Origin: Polyangiaceae bacterium
GTDB lineage: Bacteria > Myxococcota_A > Polyangia > Polyangiales > Polyangiaceae
Length of the DNA stretch: 22,538 bases
Direction of reading: 5' to 3'
NCBI GenBank assembly: GCA_044224495.1
Contig: JBGAKG010000027.1
Location: 6,983-29,520 of the forward strand
This document shows positions 8,851-17,712 of this stretch, one piece after another (position 1 is the stretch's first letter; each line of letters opens with the position of its first letter). Made by a program: the position numbers and the translations under genes. A model generated the notes under the pieces. The model searched no databases. It worked only from the letters and a program-made list of their open reading frames with translations, and was not told the origin of the DNA.

Positions 8851-10716
8851 ATGAAGCTTCGTCGCGCCTCCACCCTCGCCCTCGTGGCCTTCCCCACCCT
8901 CGCCGCGCTGCTCTACGCGTGCGGCGGTGACGACACGACCCAGCCCGGGACCGACGCGGGTCCGGACGTCACGGTGGACGCCCCGGCGGACGCGAAGACG
9001 GACGCGAAGGCGGACGTGAGCGCGCCCGACTCCGGGAACGACTCGGGCCTGAGCTCGACCTCGCAGCAGATCCAAGACGTGCGCGACGCGGCGGCTCCGG
9101 TCGTCGTGAGCGACGCCGGCAGCGACGCGGCGAGCGAGGCGGGCGACGCGACCGTGAGCGACGCAGCGAGCGAGGCGGCGACCGACGCGGCGAGCGAAGC
9201 GGCGACGGACGGCGGCGGCGGGATCCCGGTGAACAACCTCCCGATCGACAAGGCGATCGTCACCTACGTGAAGGCGGCCGTCGGGACGGATCCGGCGGGC
9301 TTCTTCATCCAGGCCGAGAAGGCGGGCCCGGCGATCTTCGTCGCGGTGGACCCGACGACGCTGAGCCCCGTCCCGGTCGCCGGTGACGAAGTGAGCTTCA
9401 AGGTCACGGCGGTGGCGAACGTGTCGAGCCTGCGCGAGGTCGTCGCGCTGACGGGCTGGGCGCGCTCGGCGCAGGGCAAGGACCTCACCGCGCTGCTCCA
9501 GGACATCTCGGCCGCGGCGAACGTCGTGACGGCGCTCGACAGCTACGAGAGCGAGTACATCAAGATGACCGCGACGACGGCCGCGGCGTTCGGTAGCGCG
9601 GGCACCGGCTTCGTGAGCGCGCAGATCACGACGAACGGCATCGGTTCGCCGTCGACGAGCTTCCGCGTCCGCGTCCCGCAGACGGTGCAGGACTCGCTCG
9701 ACCTTTCGCTCAACTGCTCCTTCACGCTGACCGGCGCGATGTGGCGCTTCACGACCCAGGCGCAGCCCTCGGGTTGGGTCGATGGCGACGTGAGCGCGAT
9801 CACGTGCCCCGCGCCGACGGTGTTGGGCGCAGCGGCGACCACGCTCACGACCGTGGTCGTGAACTTCGATCGCAAGGTGGACACGAACTCGCTCCTCGTG
9901 AACGGTAGCCAGTTCACGATCAACAACGGTCTCACGGTGAGCGCGGCGGCCCTCACGGGTCCGCGGCAGGTGACTCTCACGACCTCCGCTCAAACGCCGG
10001 GACAGCAGTACACCGTCACCGTCGCGAATACGATCAAGGACACGCAGGGCAAGGCGCTCGGCAACCCGAACACGGCCAACTTCCTGGGCTTCCTCGTTCC
10101 TGCGGTGCTTCGTCTGAACGAGCTGAACCCCAACATCGGTAGCGGCAACGCGACGCACGACCTCATCGAGCTTCGCGTGGTCACGGCGGGCAACGTGAAC
10201 GGCATCACGATCGACGAGAGCGGGACGACCGTCGCCACGCTCCCGAACCTCGCCGTTGCGCTCGACGACCTCATCGTCGTCCACATCGGCCAGGGAAACG
10301 GTAACGTGACGACGGAGACTGCGACCAAGGCCGATTGCGCCGACGCATCCTGCTATGCCGGGGCGTGGGACGTGAAGGGCTCCACGGCGGCCGGTCTCAC
10401 CTACAGCGGGCGCATCATCACCGTGAAGAGCGCCGGCAGCGGCGCCATCCAGGACGGCATCGCCTGGTACCGGAGCGGGTCGAACCCGTCCTCGACCTGG
10501 TATCAGGACGTCAACGCACTCGCGACCGCGAACCAGTGGGTGGGCTGCAACGGCAGCTGCGCCGACAACACGGCCGCGCAGACGGTCGCCGTCGACTCGA
10601 ACAACTCGGGGGCGACGAACCTCTTGAACAGCATCCGCCGAGTCTCGAACACCGACACCAACGCCAAGGCCGACTGGGCCCTCGGCGCGCAGTCTTGGGG
10701 CGCCGCGAACCCCTGA
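8851..10716 (+). CDS. Lipoprotein with a DAG/TDA-rich linker, a Big_5 (SbsA-like) Ig domain and a lamin-tail-like (LTD) domain
   Basis: Start MKLRRASTLALVAFPTLAALLYACGG (ATG 8851). Low-complexity (DAASEAAT)n region. The SbsA_Ig-like segment reads VVVNFDRKVDTNSLLVNGSQFTI...YTVTVANTIKDTQGKAL. The LTD-like segment reads LRLNELNPNIGSGNATHDLIELRVV. Confidence 0.7.
   Translation: MKLRRASTLALVAFPTLAALLYACGGDDTTQPGTDAGPDVTVDAPADAKTDAKADVSAPDSGNDSGLSSTSQQIQDVRDAAAPVVVSDAGSDAASEAGDATVSDAASEAATDAASEAATDGGGGIPVNNLPIDKAIVTYVKAAVGTDPAGFFIQAEKAGPAIFVAVDPTTLSPVPVAGDEVSFKVTAVANVSSLREVVALTGWARSAQGKDLTALLQDISAAANVVTALDSYESEYIKMTATTAAAFGSAGTGFVSAQITTNGIGSPSTSFRVRVPQTVQDSLDLSLNCSFTLTGAMWRFTTQAQPSGWVDGDVSAITCPAPTVLGAAATTLTTVVVNFDRKVDTNSLLVNGSQFTINNGLTVSAAALTGPRQVTLTTSAQTPGQQYTVTVANTIKDTQGKALGNPNTANFLGFLVPAVLRLNELNPNIGSGNATHDLIELRVVTAGNVNGITIDESGTTVATLPNLAVALDDLIVVHIGQGNGNVTTETATKADCADASCYAGAWDVKGSTAAGLTYSGRIITVKSAGSGAIQDGIAWYRSGSNPSSTWYQDVNALATANQWVGCNGSCADNTAAQTVAVDSNNSGATNLLNSIRRVSNTDTNAKADWALGAQSWGAANP
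9112..9210 (+). repeat. Intragenic imperfect tandem repeat of about 24 nt (GACGCGGCGAGCGAGGCGGCGACC-like) encoding (DAASEAxT)3
   Basis: Direct reading of 9109-9213 and of the translated SDAASEAGDATVSDAASEAATDAASEAATD. Confidence 0.7.
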
Positions 10717-10738
10717 CGGTTGAGCCCCCGGTGTACGG

Positions 10739-10760
10739 CGCAAAGGTGATACCCTTTGCG
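10739..10760 (+). terminator. GC-rich hairpin (8-bp stem CGCAAAGG / CCTTTGCG, loop TGATAC) between two lipoprotein genes, with no U-tract
   Basis: Perfect inverted repeat read directly. It lies 23 nt after the stop at 10714-10716 and ends 2 nt before the GTG start at 10763. Confidence 0.4.
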
Positions 10761-10762
10761 TC

Positions 10763-12043
10763 GTGCGCCTCCGGGCCCTCACTGCACTGACGCTCGCGTC
10801 GCTGCCGATGGCAGCGGCGTTCCTCGTCGTGTGCAACGTCTACACGTCCGACTTGGTCGGCGGCACGGCTCCGCCCGACGCCGGGAGCGGCATCGGTTGG
10901 TGGTCCGGGCCCGCGGGCACGTGCTTCTCGGCGAAGATGCCGCGGCCCGAGGACCGGCCCGCCCCGCAGAGCGGAGGAACGACGGTCCCGCCGATCACGC
11001 TCGCGCTCGCGTCGATGCGCATCGGGTCGCTCGATCAGAACAACCAGTTCAACCAGCTCGCGTGGCAGGATCTCGGGCTCGACCTGGACGGCATCTGCAC
11101 GTCGTCGCCGACCTGCCCGGCCGATGCGCCGCAAGGCTCGTGCAAGGCGACGAAGGGCGCGGTCGCGTACGACGGCAACTACTGCCGGGACAACACGTTC
11201 GGTCGCCTCGAGGTCACGGCCGCCAACATCCAAGAGGTGGGCGGCAAGTACGGCCTCAACGACGACGCGTTCAACTGCGCGCTCTGCACCGGCGCGTACA
11301 ACTTCATCATCAAGATCTCGGGCTACAACGGGCTCGCGAACGACGACAAAATCCGGATCGACCTCTACCCCTCGCCCGGCCTCGAGTCGCCGCTCCCGTG
11401 GGATTGCTCGAAGAAGGATTGGCGCACGCACCCGTGCTTCACGTCGTTCCTCCCCTGGTACATCCGCGACACGGCGGTGGCGCAGCCGACGGGCGGTCCC
11501 GATCTCCCGGACGCGGTGCTCGCGGACGCGAACGCGTACGTGCGTGACGGCTACGTCGTCGGGCAGCTCCCGGCGAACGTGCTCTTCTGGTTCCCGTCGA
11601 TCGCGGGCCGCAAGGCGGACGTCGCCACGGCGTTCCCGCTCCGCATGACGTCGGGCGTGATCACGGGCCGCATCAAGAAGGCGGCCGACGGAACGTGGAG
11701 CGTCGAAGACGGCACGATCGCCGGGCGCGCCTCCTACACCGACGTGCTCCAGGGCTTCCGCCTCATCGGCTTCTGCGAGAGCGATCCGAACTTCCCGCTG
11801 ATGCAGACGTTCCTCGAGAGCAACCTCGACATCCTCGCCGACGGGAAGGTGGATCCGAACCGCACGTGCGATGCGATCTCGGTCGGCATCTCGTACACCG
11901 CGAGCGAGGCGACGGCCGGCAAGCTCATTCACGTCGACGACCTGAAGGAGTGTCCGCCCGCCGGGGACGGCGGCGTGGAGGGCGGAACGGACGCGGGGGA
12001 CGGCGGCAGCGACGCTGGCGTGACCGACGCCAAAGCGGACTGA
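10763..12043 (+). CDS. Hypothetical lipoprotein
   Basis: GTG start. Signal peptide MRLRALTALTLASLPMAAAFLVVC. Several cysteines. C-terminal DAG-rich tail GGVEGGTDAGDGGSDAGVTDAKAD. High GC3. Confidence 0.7.
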   Translation: MRLRALTALTLASLPMAAAFLVVCNVYTSDLVGGTAPPDAGSGIGWWSGPAGTCFSAKMPRPEDRPAPQSGGTTVPPITLALASMRIGSLDQNNQFNQLAWQDLGLDLDGICTSSPTCPADAPQGSCKATKGAVAYDGNYCRDNTFGRLEVTAANIQEVGGKYGLNDDAFNCALCTGAYNFIIKISGYNGLANDDKIRIDLYPSPGLESPLPWDCSKKDWRTHPCFTSFLPWYIRDTAVAQPTGGPDLPDAVLADANAYVRDGYVVGQLPANVLFWFPSIAGRKADVATAFPLRMTSGVITGRIKKAADGTWSVEDGTIAGRASYTDVLQGFRLIGFCESDPNFPLMQTFLESNLDILADGKVDPNRTCDAISVGISYTASEATAGKLIHVDDLKECPPAGDGGVEGGTDAGDGGSDAGVTDAKAD

Positions 12044-12093
12044 AAACCTCGGGGTTCGGCCAAAACTGGCCCCCTCCCCGGGCTTGAGGTAGC

Positions 12094-13461
12094 ATGGTTG
12101 CCTACATGCGCACCCTCCAGCGTTTTTCCCTCGCAGCGCTCGCGCTGATGGCGTGCACGACGATCGGCCGCGTGATCGTGTACCCGGCCCACACCGACAT
12201 GAAGAGCACGCCCGACATCGAGGGCACGGAGCTCGCGCCGACCAGCCTCGGCACCGAAAACTACAAGGGAGCGGCCCCCGGCTTCCACGCGGTGCGGAGC
12301 TCGGACGACTGGCTCTCGGTCTGGAAGGACCCGCGGCCCGACGCGCGCCACCCGCCGCCTCCGTCGGACGTGAGCTTCAAGGATCAGATGGTGCTCGCGG
12401 CGGTCGTCGACGATCCGAAGGTGACGGCGCTCGAGATCACGGCGGTGCGGCGCTCGCCGGATGGCGTGCACCTCTACGTGACCGAGTCGCTCGTGGGCGA
12501 TGGCTGCACCGCGCCGCCGGCGCGCGAGGAGCCGCTGATGGCGTTCGTGGCGGTGCCGCGCGTCGACGACGACGTGCACGTCCACCAGGATCGCATCCAC
12601 GATCCGCGCTGCAGCGGCGCGCCCGAGGCGAGGATCGCATGCCGCGTCGCGGGCTCCGGTCAGGCAGGGACCGACAAGATGAGCGGCGCGCCGGGCCAGA
12701 CGATCGACTGCGACGGAACGAAGAGCGCGGCGGTCGCGGGCGGAACGATCGTGGATCGCAACTGGTACCTCGAGACGTTGCCGCTCGGATCGACGACGCG
12801 TCTGACGGTGTCGAAGTCGACGCTGGGCGCGACGTTCCCGCTCGATGCGTGGGGCACCTACGTCGTGCGCCACGAAGTGAGCGACGACACGGGCAAGAGC
12901 GGGCGCGGCATCGCGACGATCGACGTGGCGCCGCCGGCGGGCTACGTGCCGATCGAGCTGGTGTGGTCGAAGTTCGATCGCAGCGACGATCCGACGACGT
13001 TCCCGCGCGTTCAGCTCCACGTGATCGAGCACCCGGCGCCGCTGGGCGATCGCACGCGCGATTGCTGGCTCGATGCGCCGAAGCCGGCGTGGTGCGAGAT
13101 CGCCGAGGTCGGCGTCACGCAGCAGCTGAAGCTCAAGCCGCAGCCGGGGAAGCGCTATCGGGTCGAGGTGAAGTACGTCGACGATCGCTTCAAGGGCGCG
13201 CCGGTCGCGTGCGTGCGAACGTTCGCGGCGGCGTCGGGCAACAAGCCGGTGGATCTGTGCGAGTACCCCGACACGGTGCGCAACGCGAACGCGGTGTGGT
13301 CCCTCGGAGCGATCGAACCGGACACCGGGACCTTCGGCGATCCGAACGCGAAGCCGGTGGCTCCGCCGAGCGACGCGGGTGCGCCCACCGACGGTGGTGC
13401 GGATGCGGTGGCGCCGGTGATGGCGGGCGACTCGGGCGTGGTGAAGAAGGCGCCGTTCTGA
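12094..13461 (+). CDS. Hypothetical lipoprotein
   Basis: N-terminus MVAYMRTLQRFSLAALALMACTT. An alternative ATG lies at 12106. GAGGT sits 3 nt upstream of 12094. C-terminal DAG-rich tail. Confidence 0.7.
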   Translation: MVAYMRTLQRFSLAALALMACTTIGRVIVYPAHTDMKSTPDIEGTELAPTSLGTENYKGAAPGFHAVRSSDDWLSVWKDPRPDARHPPPPSDVSFKDQMVLAAVVDDPKVTALEITAVRRSPDGVHLYVTESLVGDGCTAPPAREEPLMAFVAVPRVDDDVHVHQDRIHDPRCSGAPEARIACRVAGSGQAGTDKMSGAPGQTIDCDGTKSAAVAGGTIVDRNWYLETLPLGSTTRLTVSKSTLGATFPLDAWGTYVVRHEVSDDTGKSGRGIATIDVAPPAGYVPIELVWSKFDRSDDPTTFPRVQLHVIEHPAPLGDRTRDCWLDAPKPAWCEIAEVGVTQQLKLKPQPGKRYRVEVKYVDDRFKGAPVACVRTFAAASGNKPVDLCEYPDTVRNANAVWSLGAIEPDTGTFGDPNAKPVAPPSDAGAPTDGGADAVAPVMAGDSGVVKKAPF

Positions 13462-13980
13462 TCAGGGTCGCGCGAACGAGAGCGCGAGCGTGACGGACGC
13501 CGACGGCGGCTTCGGCGGGCTGCTGCCGGGCAGCACGCCGTAGTACTTCGGGCCGCAATCGATGCAGTCGCTACCGAGATGGAACGGCGCGAAGCGCCCG
13601 TCACCGAGCTCGGCATCGACGCACGATTGAAGCGCGGGATCGGCGACGGTGACGTGCGACGTGCCGTCGTCGGGATGGGCGGTGACCTGGATGGCGGCGG
13701 TCGCGCCGGGCTCCATGCACGCGCAGAGCGCGACGTAGGAGGGCTCGAGGAAGCTCCGGACGAGTGGCGCGGGGAGCGCGATGGTGCCCTGAACGGACGG
13801 CACGCTCATCCCGGCCGCGCACGACCGAGCGTCGGCGCGATGAGGGGCGACACTGGGCGCAGGGGCCGCAACGACGCTGGCGCGCTCGGCACCGCCGCCC
13901 GAAGCGGGAGCCGCGACGATCGGGCGTTCGGAAGTGCAAGCAACGACGAGCGCGGACCCGACGAGAGCGCGAAGAACCAT
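13462..13980 (-). CDS. Hypothetical Cys-containing lipoprotein
   Basis: C-terminal 172 aa of ORF 13462..14595. The ATG at 13978-13980 gives MVLRALVGSALVVACTSERP. Six cysteines. Its stop abuts the stop of the convergent + gene at 13461. Confidence 0.6.
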   Translation of the reverse strand: MVLRALVGSALVVACTSERPIVAAPASGGGAERASVVAAPAPSVAPHRADARSCAAGMSVPSVQGTIALPAPLVRSFLEPSYVALCACMEPGATAAIQVTAHPDDGTSHVTVADPALQSCVDAELGDGRFAPFHLGSDCIDCGPKYYGVLPGSSPPKPPSASVTLALSFARP

Positions 13981-14053
13981 CACCGCAAAGACCCCAACGC
14001 GCGCCGAGTGTTCCCACCCGCTGGCGATTCGAACCGGCGCGCGCCACCCCGAA

Positions 14054-14067
14054 CCCTGGCGCGCCAG
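14054..14067. promoter_or_regulatory. Perfect 14-bp palindrome CCTGGCGCGCCAGG in the divergent marR/lipoprotein intergenic region
   Basis: Self-reverse-complementary when read directly. It is 106 nt upstream of the marR ATG. MarR regulators bind palindromic operators. Confidence 0.4.
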
Positions 14068-14135
14068 GCCCCCCCGCCCCCCCTCGCTCGCAGACGCGCG
14101 CCGGCGAACGAATTTTCGAGGGGGGTTGGGGGGGG
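14068..14135. repeat. Inverted homopolymeric tracts: C7-G-C7 (14068-14082) and G6-TT-G9 (14119-14135), separated by about 36 nt
   Basis: Direct reading. The two arms are roughly reverse complementary. They could form a long GC stem, or G-quadruplex / i-motif structures. Confidence 0.8.
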
Positions 14136-14172
14136 GCGCAGCGCTGGCTTCGTTCTTGCTGAGCCCCTCGAT

Positions 14173-14652
14173 ATGGACCGTGTTGCGTTCGACATTCGTC
14201 GCGCTGGGGTTGCCTACGCTGCTCGCGCCGCAAAGCTCCTTGGGCGCTGGAACTTCACGAACTCTCGCGTCGACGTGTTCGTGATTCATTCGAAGGTGCT
14301 CGCCCAGCACGGCGTCGTGCTCCAGACCGACTTGCGCGCGCGCCTCGGCATCTCGCGCTCGACCATGAGCCTCATGCTCACGCGTCTCGAGCGGCGCGGG
14401 TTCATCGAGCGACGCAGGGCCGAGCACGACCGCCGCAACATCGTCGTCATCATCACCGCGCTCGGTAGAGCGGTGTTCGACGAGCTGGTGTCGCGCGTCG
14501 GTCCGACGCTCTTCACGCCCTACGTCGACACCCAACTCTGGCTCCACGACCTGCGCACGAGCGTCGCGGTGCAGCGGGCACGCATCCTCCAGCACGTCGG
14601 CGCGATCCGCGAGTTGTTCGGCGACTCCTCGCGCGCACCCTACCCACCGTGA
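14173..14652 (+). CDS. MarR family transcriptional regulator
   Basis: Winged-helix signature LQTDLRARLGISRSTMSLMLTRLERRGFIERRRAEHDRRNIVVIITALG. The ATG at 14173 is in frame with ORF 13579..14652, whose upstream part is antisense to the lipoprotein gene and was rejected. Confidence 0.8.
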   Translation: MDRVAFDIRRAGVAYAARAAKLLGRWNFTNSRVDVFVIHSKVLAQHGVVLQTDLRARLGISRSTMSLMLTRLERRGFIERRRAEHDRRNIVVIITALGRAVFDELVSRVGPTLFTPYVDTQLWLHDLRTSVAVQRARILQHVGAIRELFGDSSRAPYPP

Positions 14653-14653
14653 C

Positions 14654-15523
14654 TCAGCGCTGCGCCGCGCGGATCGCTTTCTCTTCCTGACCCAGCGCGT
14701 GAATCACTTCGAGCGTCCGCTCGCTCACCCGCTTGAAGACCTTCGGGCTCCCCGGCTTCTCCAGGAGATCTCCGAAGTCCACCGGCGCCCCGAACACCAC
14801 GTTGATCGTCTCGCCCTTGCGCGTGAAGTTGCCCGCGACCTGCTTCGGCAGATCATTTCCCAATCCGTTGATGAACACCGGCAGCACCGGCACCCGCGCT
14901 TGGTGGATGATCCGGCCCACCCCGCTCTGCGCCGGCAGCAGCGTGTAGGGATCGTCGGTCTGGTTCCGCGTCCCTTCCGGGTGCAGCCCCACGAAGATCC
15001 CCGGACGCCGCAGGATGTTCGCCGTCTCGTCGAGGCTCGCGATGTTCAAGTGCGCCTGCTTCCGCTCCCGGAACACCGGCGGGTACATCGCGAAGAAGCT
15101 CATCACCCCGTTCACGAAGAAGCCGAGCGGCGCGTCGTAGAAGAAGTTCGAGCGCACCGGGAACAGGATCCGGTGCTTGAACCCCCGCTTCACCAGGTAC
15201 GCCGTGATCACGTACATGTCGAAGAAGCTGCGGTGGTTCGACACGCAGATGTAGCTCGACGACGGGTCGAGGTTCCCCAGCCGCTCCCGCCCGTGCACCT
15301 GCCGGATGTTGCGGGTGCAGAGCTCGATCCAGTTGCACCCGAACGTCCGCTGCCCGAACCGCAGCGCCCGGTTCAGGAGGTTCGGCTCCAGGCTCTTCTG
15401 AACGAACCGCACGTGCGCTCGCGTGATCGACGGCAGCTCGGGCGACAAGAGGTCGCCTGCCCGATCCTCCCGTGCCCCGCGGCCCGGCGCCGTCGGCGCA
15501 TTCGCTTTGATCTCGTGGTCCAT
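14654..15523 (-). CDS. Lysophospholipid (1-acyl-sn-glycerol-3-phosphate) acyltransferase, PlsC/LPLAT family
   Basis: HX4D motif NHRSFFD and PEGTR motif. The full ORF starts at ATG 15521-15523. Confidence 0.8.
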   Translation of the reverse strand: MDHEIKANAPTAPGRGAREDRAGDLLSPELPSITRAHVRFVQKSLEPNLLNRALRFGQRTFGCNWIELCTRNIRQVHGRERLGNLDPSSSYICVSNHRSFFDMYVITAYLVKRGFKHRILFPVRSNFFYDAPLGFFVNGVMSFFAMYPPVFRERKQAHLNIASLDETANILRRPGIFVGLHPEGTRNQTDDPYTLLPAQSGVGRIIHQARVPVLPVFINGLGNDLPKQVAGNFTRKGETINVVFGAPVDFGDLLEKPGSPKVFKRVSERTLEVIHALGQEEKAIRAAQR

Positions 15524-15558
15524 GGAGAGCGTGTATCCTCCGCGGCTAGGTTTCCCCC

Positions 15559-15978
15559 ATGGCGCACTGGCTGATCAAGAGTGAACCGTCCGTGTACCCC
15601 TTCTCGCAGCTCGAGAAGGAGCGATCGACCCGCTGGGACGGCATCCGCAGCTTCGAGGCGCGAAACAACCTACGCGCCATGAAGAAGGGCGAGCTCTGCC
15701 TGTTCTACCACTCCAACGACGGGAAGGAGATCGTCGGCGTCGCCCGCGTGAAGAAGACCGCCTACCCCGATCCGACCGCCAAAGCCGACGAAGGCGACTG
15801 GAGCGTCGTCGACGTGGAGTTCGTGAAGCCGTTCGCCACGCCCGTCGGCCTCGCCGCGATCAAGAAGAACAAGAAGCTCGCGACCATCTCGCTCGTCAAA
15901 CGCTCGCGCCTCTCGGTCGCGCCCATCACCGACGCGGAGCTCACCGAGGTGCTCGCGATGGGGAAAACCAAGCTCTGA
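15559..15978 (+). CDS. EVE domain (PUA-like) protein
   Basis: Classic EVE N-terminus MAHWLIKSEPSVYPFSQL, WDGIRSFEARNNLRAMKKGELCLFYHSN, about 139 aa. Confidence 0.8.
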   Translation: MAHWLIKSEPSVYPFSQLEKERSTRWDGIRSFEARNNLRAMKKGELCLFYHSNDGKEIVGVARVKKTAYPDPTAKADEGDWSVVDVEFVKPFATPVGLAAIKKNKKLATISLVKRSRLSVAPITDAELTEVLAMGKTKL

Positions 15979-16002
15979 CCCTGCTCACGAAAGGCAACGC
16001 CC

Positions 16003-17682
16003 ATGGCCGAGGTCGACAAGATCATCGACATGCTCGAGGACGAGAGCATCGAAAAGCGCATCGCCGCCGCCATCGTGCTCGGCGAGCTCAAGGTGAAGAA
16101 GCCCGAGGCCCAAGAAGGCTTCCTCAAGCTCCTCCACAGCGGCGTCCCCGTCCTCCAACGCCACGGGCTCGAAGGCCTCACCCGCATCGGCGCCGCCAAG
16201 AAGGCGCTCAAGACGACCTTCCCGCTCCTCACCAGCTCCGTCGAAGACGTGCGCCGCGCCGCGGCCGCCGCCGTCCGCAGCGTCGGCGAAGACGTCGTCC
16301 CCATGATCCGCGCGCGCATGGGCGAAGCCCTCCCCGAGGAGCGCCGCGTGCTCGACGGCATCCTCGCCGAGCTCGGCGGGAAGGATGCATTCTCCACGCT
16401 TCTCGCCAGCCTAACTTCGAGCGAGGGCGAAGCCGCCAAGGCCGCCGCGCTCGCGGTTCGCCAACACGTGAAGGACGCCGGCGCCCGCGAGCGAAAGAGC
16501 TACCGCGCCGCGACCGAGAAGTTCCTCGAGTCGCAGAAGAAGACCAAGCTCAACCCCGGCGGTTCTCCGACGGCCATCGCCGCCGCGATCAAGATCCTCG
16601 GCTACCTCGAGGACGACGAAGCGCTCCCCACCCTCCTCGCCTACGCGACCAGCAAGGACGCACCCGCCGTCGTCAAGCAAGAGGCCCTCATCGCGATGCG
16701 CTTCGCGCTCGGTGACGCCAAGGGCAGCGTCAAGGTCATCAACGCCCTCGTCGACGCCGCCGAAGGCGCCGATCGCTCGCTCGCGCACACCGCGCTCCAC
16801 ACGCTCGGCTCACTCGAGGTCCCCGCGTCCGCGATGACGCGCTTCGAGAAGCTCCTCGCCCACGTCGACATCGAACGCGCCCGCTTCGCCGCCGCCTACC
16901 TCGCCGGACAGAAATCGCCGGCCGCGCTGAAGGCGCTCATCGGCGTCATCACCGACTCCCCCGAGCGCCGCCGCGCCGAGCTCGTCGCCGAGCTCCTGAA
17001 CACGCGCGAAGACGCCGCCGGCGCCCTGACCGACGCGCTCCTCGAGACCAAGGACCCCGACCGCGCGTGGCTCATCCGCAAGATCGTCGGCCAACCCTCG
17101 TTCGCCAAGAAGCTCCCACCCAAGGTCCGCAAGGAGCTCCTCGAGACCGGGCTCAAGCGGCTCGAGAAGGGCGACCGCAACTGGGAGCCGATGCTCGACG
17201 TCGTTCAGGTCGCCGATCCCGAGACGTATGCCGACGCGCTGCGCACCTTGTCGCAGAAGCTGCGCCGCAACGGGAACGACGAGAAGGCGCAGACCGTCCT
17301 CGGCCTCCTCCTCCGCTGCGAGAAGGCGACCGACGCCGATCGCTTCGCCCTCGCCGTGATCGAGCTCAAGAAGAGCAAGAAGGACACCCGTCCCGCCATT
17401 CGCAACGGCGACGGTGCTCTTCATCGCCTGAGCGGCCTGCTCGCGCGCGGCTTCGATCTGGCGAGCTCGCTCAAGAAGGAGCGTACGCTCGAGCTCGACG
17501 ACCTCTACTACGTCGGCTTCCACTTCACCGAGCTGGGTGTCGGAGGAGGCGGGGGCGGGGGTGGCGCTGCCGCACGGGCGGGGGACGTGGGGGAAGAGCT
17601 GCTCCAGCACGTGGTCGACAAAGGCGGCCGGACCAAGGTGGGGAAAGCCGCGAAGAACAAGTTGGAGCTCTCGAGCGCTTGA
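16003..17682 (+). CDS. HEAT/PBS-lyase repeat protein with a C-terminal poly-Gly tract
   Basis: Repeated helical units (EKRIAAAIVLGEL, VRRAAAAAVRSVG, ALIAMRFALGD). GAAAGG SD 8 nt upstream. GVGGGGGGGGAAARAGD encoded at about 17536-17570. Confidence 0.7.
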   Translation: MAEVDKIIDMLEDESIEKRIAAAIVLGELKVKKPEAQEGFLKLLHSGVPVLQRHGLEGLTRIGAAKKALKTTFPLLTSSVEDVRRAAAAAVRSVGEDVVPMIRARMGEALPEERRVLDGILAELGGKDAFSTLLASLTSSEGEAAKAAALAVRQHVKDAGARERKSYRAATEKFLESQKKTKLNPGGSPTAIAAAIKILGYLEDDEALPTLLAYATSKDAPAVVKQEALIAMRFALGDAKGSVKVINALVDAAEGADRSLAHTALHTLGSLEVPASAMTRFEKLLAHVDIERARFAAAYLAGQKSPAALKALIGVITDSPERRRAELVAELLNTREDAAGALTDALLETKDPDRAWLIRKIVGQPSFAKKLPPKVRKELLETGLKRLEKGDRNWEPMLDVVQVADPETYADALRTLSQKLRRNGNDEKAQTVLGLLLRCEKATDADRFALAVIELKKSKKDTRPAIRNGDGALHRLSGLLARGFDLASSLKKERTLELDDLYYVGFHFTELGVGGGGGGGGAAARAGDVGEELLQHVVDKGGRTKVGKAAKNKLELSSA

Positions 17683-17712
17683 CGGACCCGGTTCTGCTTG
17701 AAATCATGAAGG

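Noticed and set aside
8836-10836. 666-aa minus ORF, and the 10511..11932 minus and 12153..13493 + ORFs
   Set aside because: Antisense or alternate-frame to the lipoprotein genes, R/G/D-rich, with no motifs.
13579-14172. N-terminal 198 codons of + ORF 13579..14652
   Set aside because: Antisense to the 13462..13980 lipoprotein and across the G/C-tract intergenic region. MarR homology begins only at the ATG at 14173.
15559-15978. EVE protein as part of a modification-dependent restriction or defence system
   Set aside because: No nuclease, helicase or methyltransferase partner is adjacent. Standalone EVE proteins are common housekeeping-like genes. Kept only as part of the operon observation.
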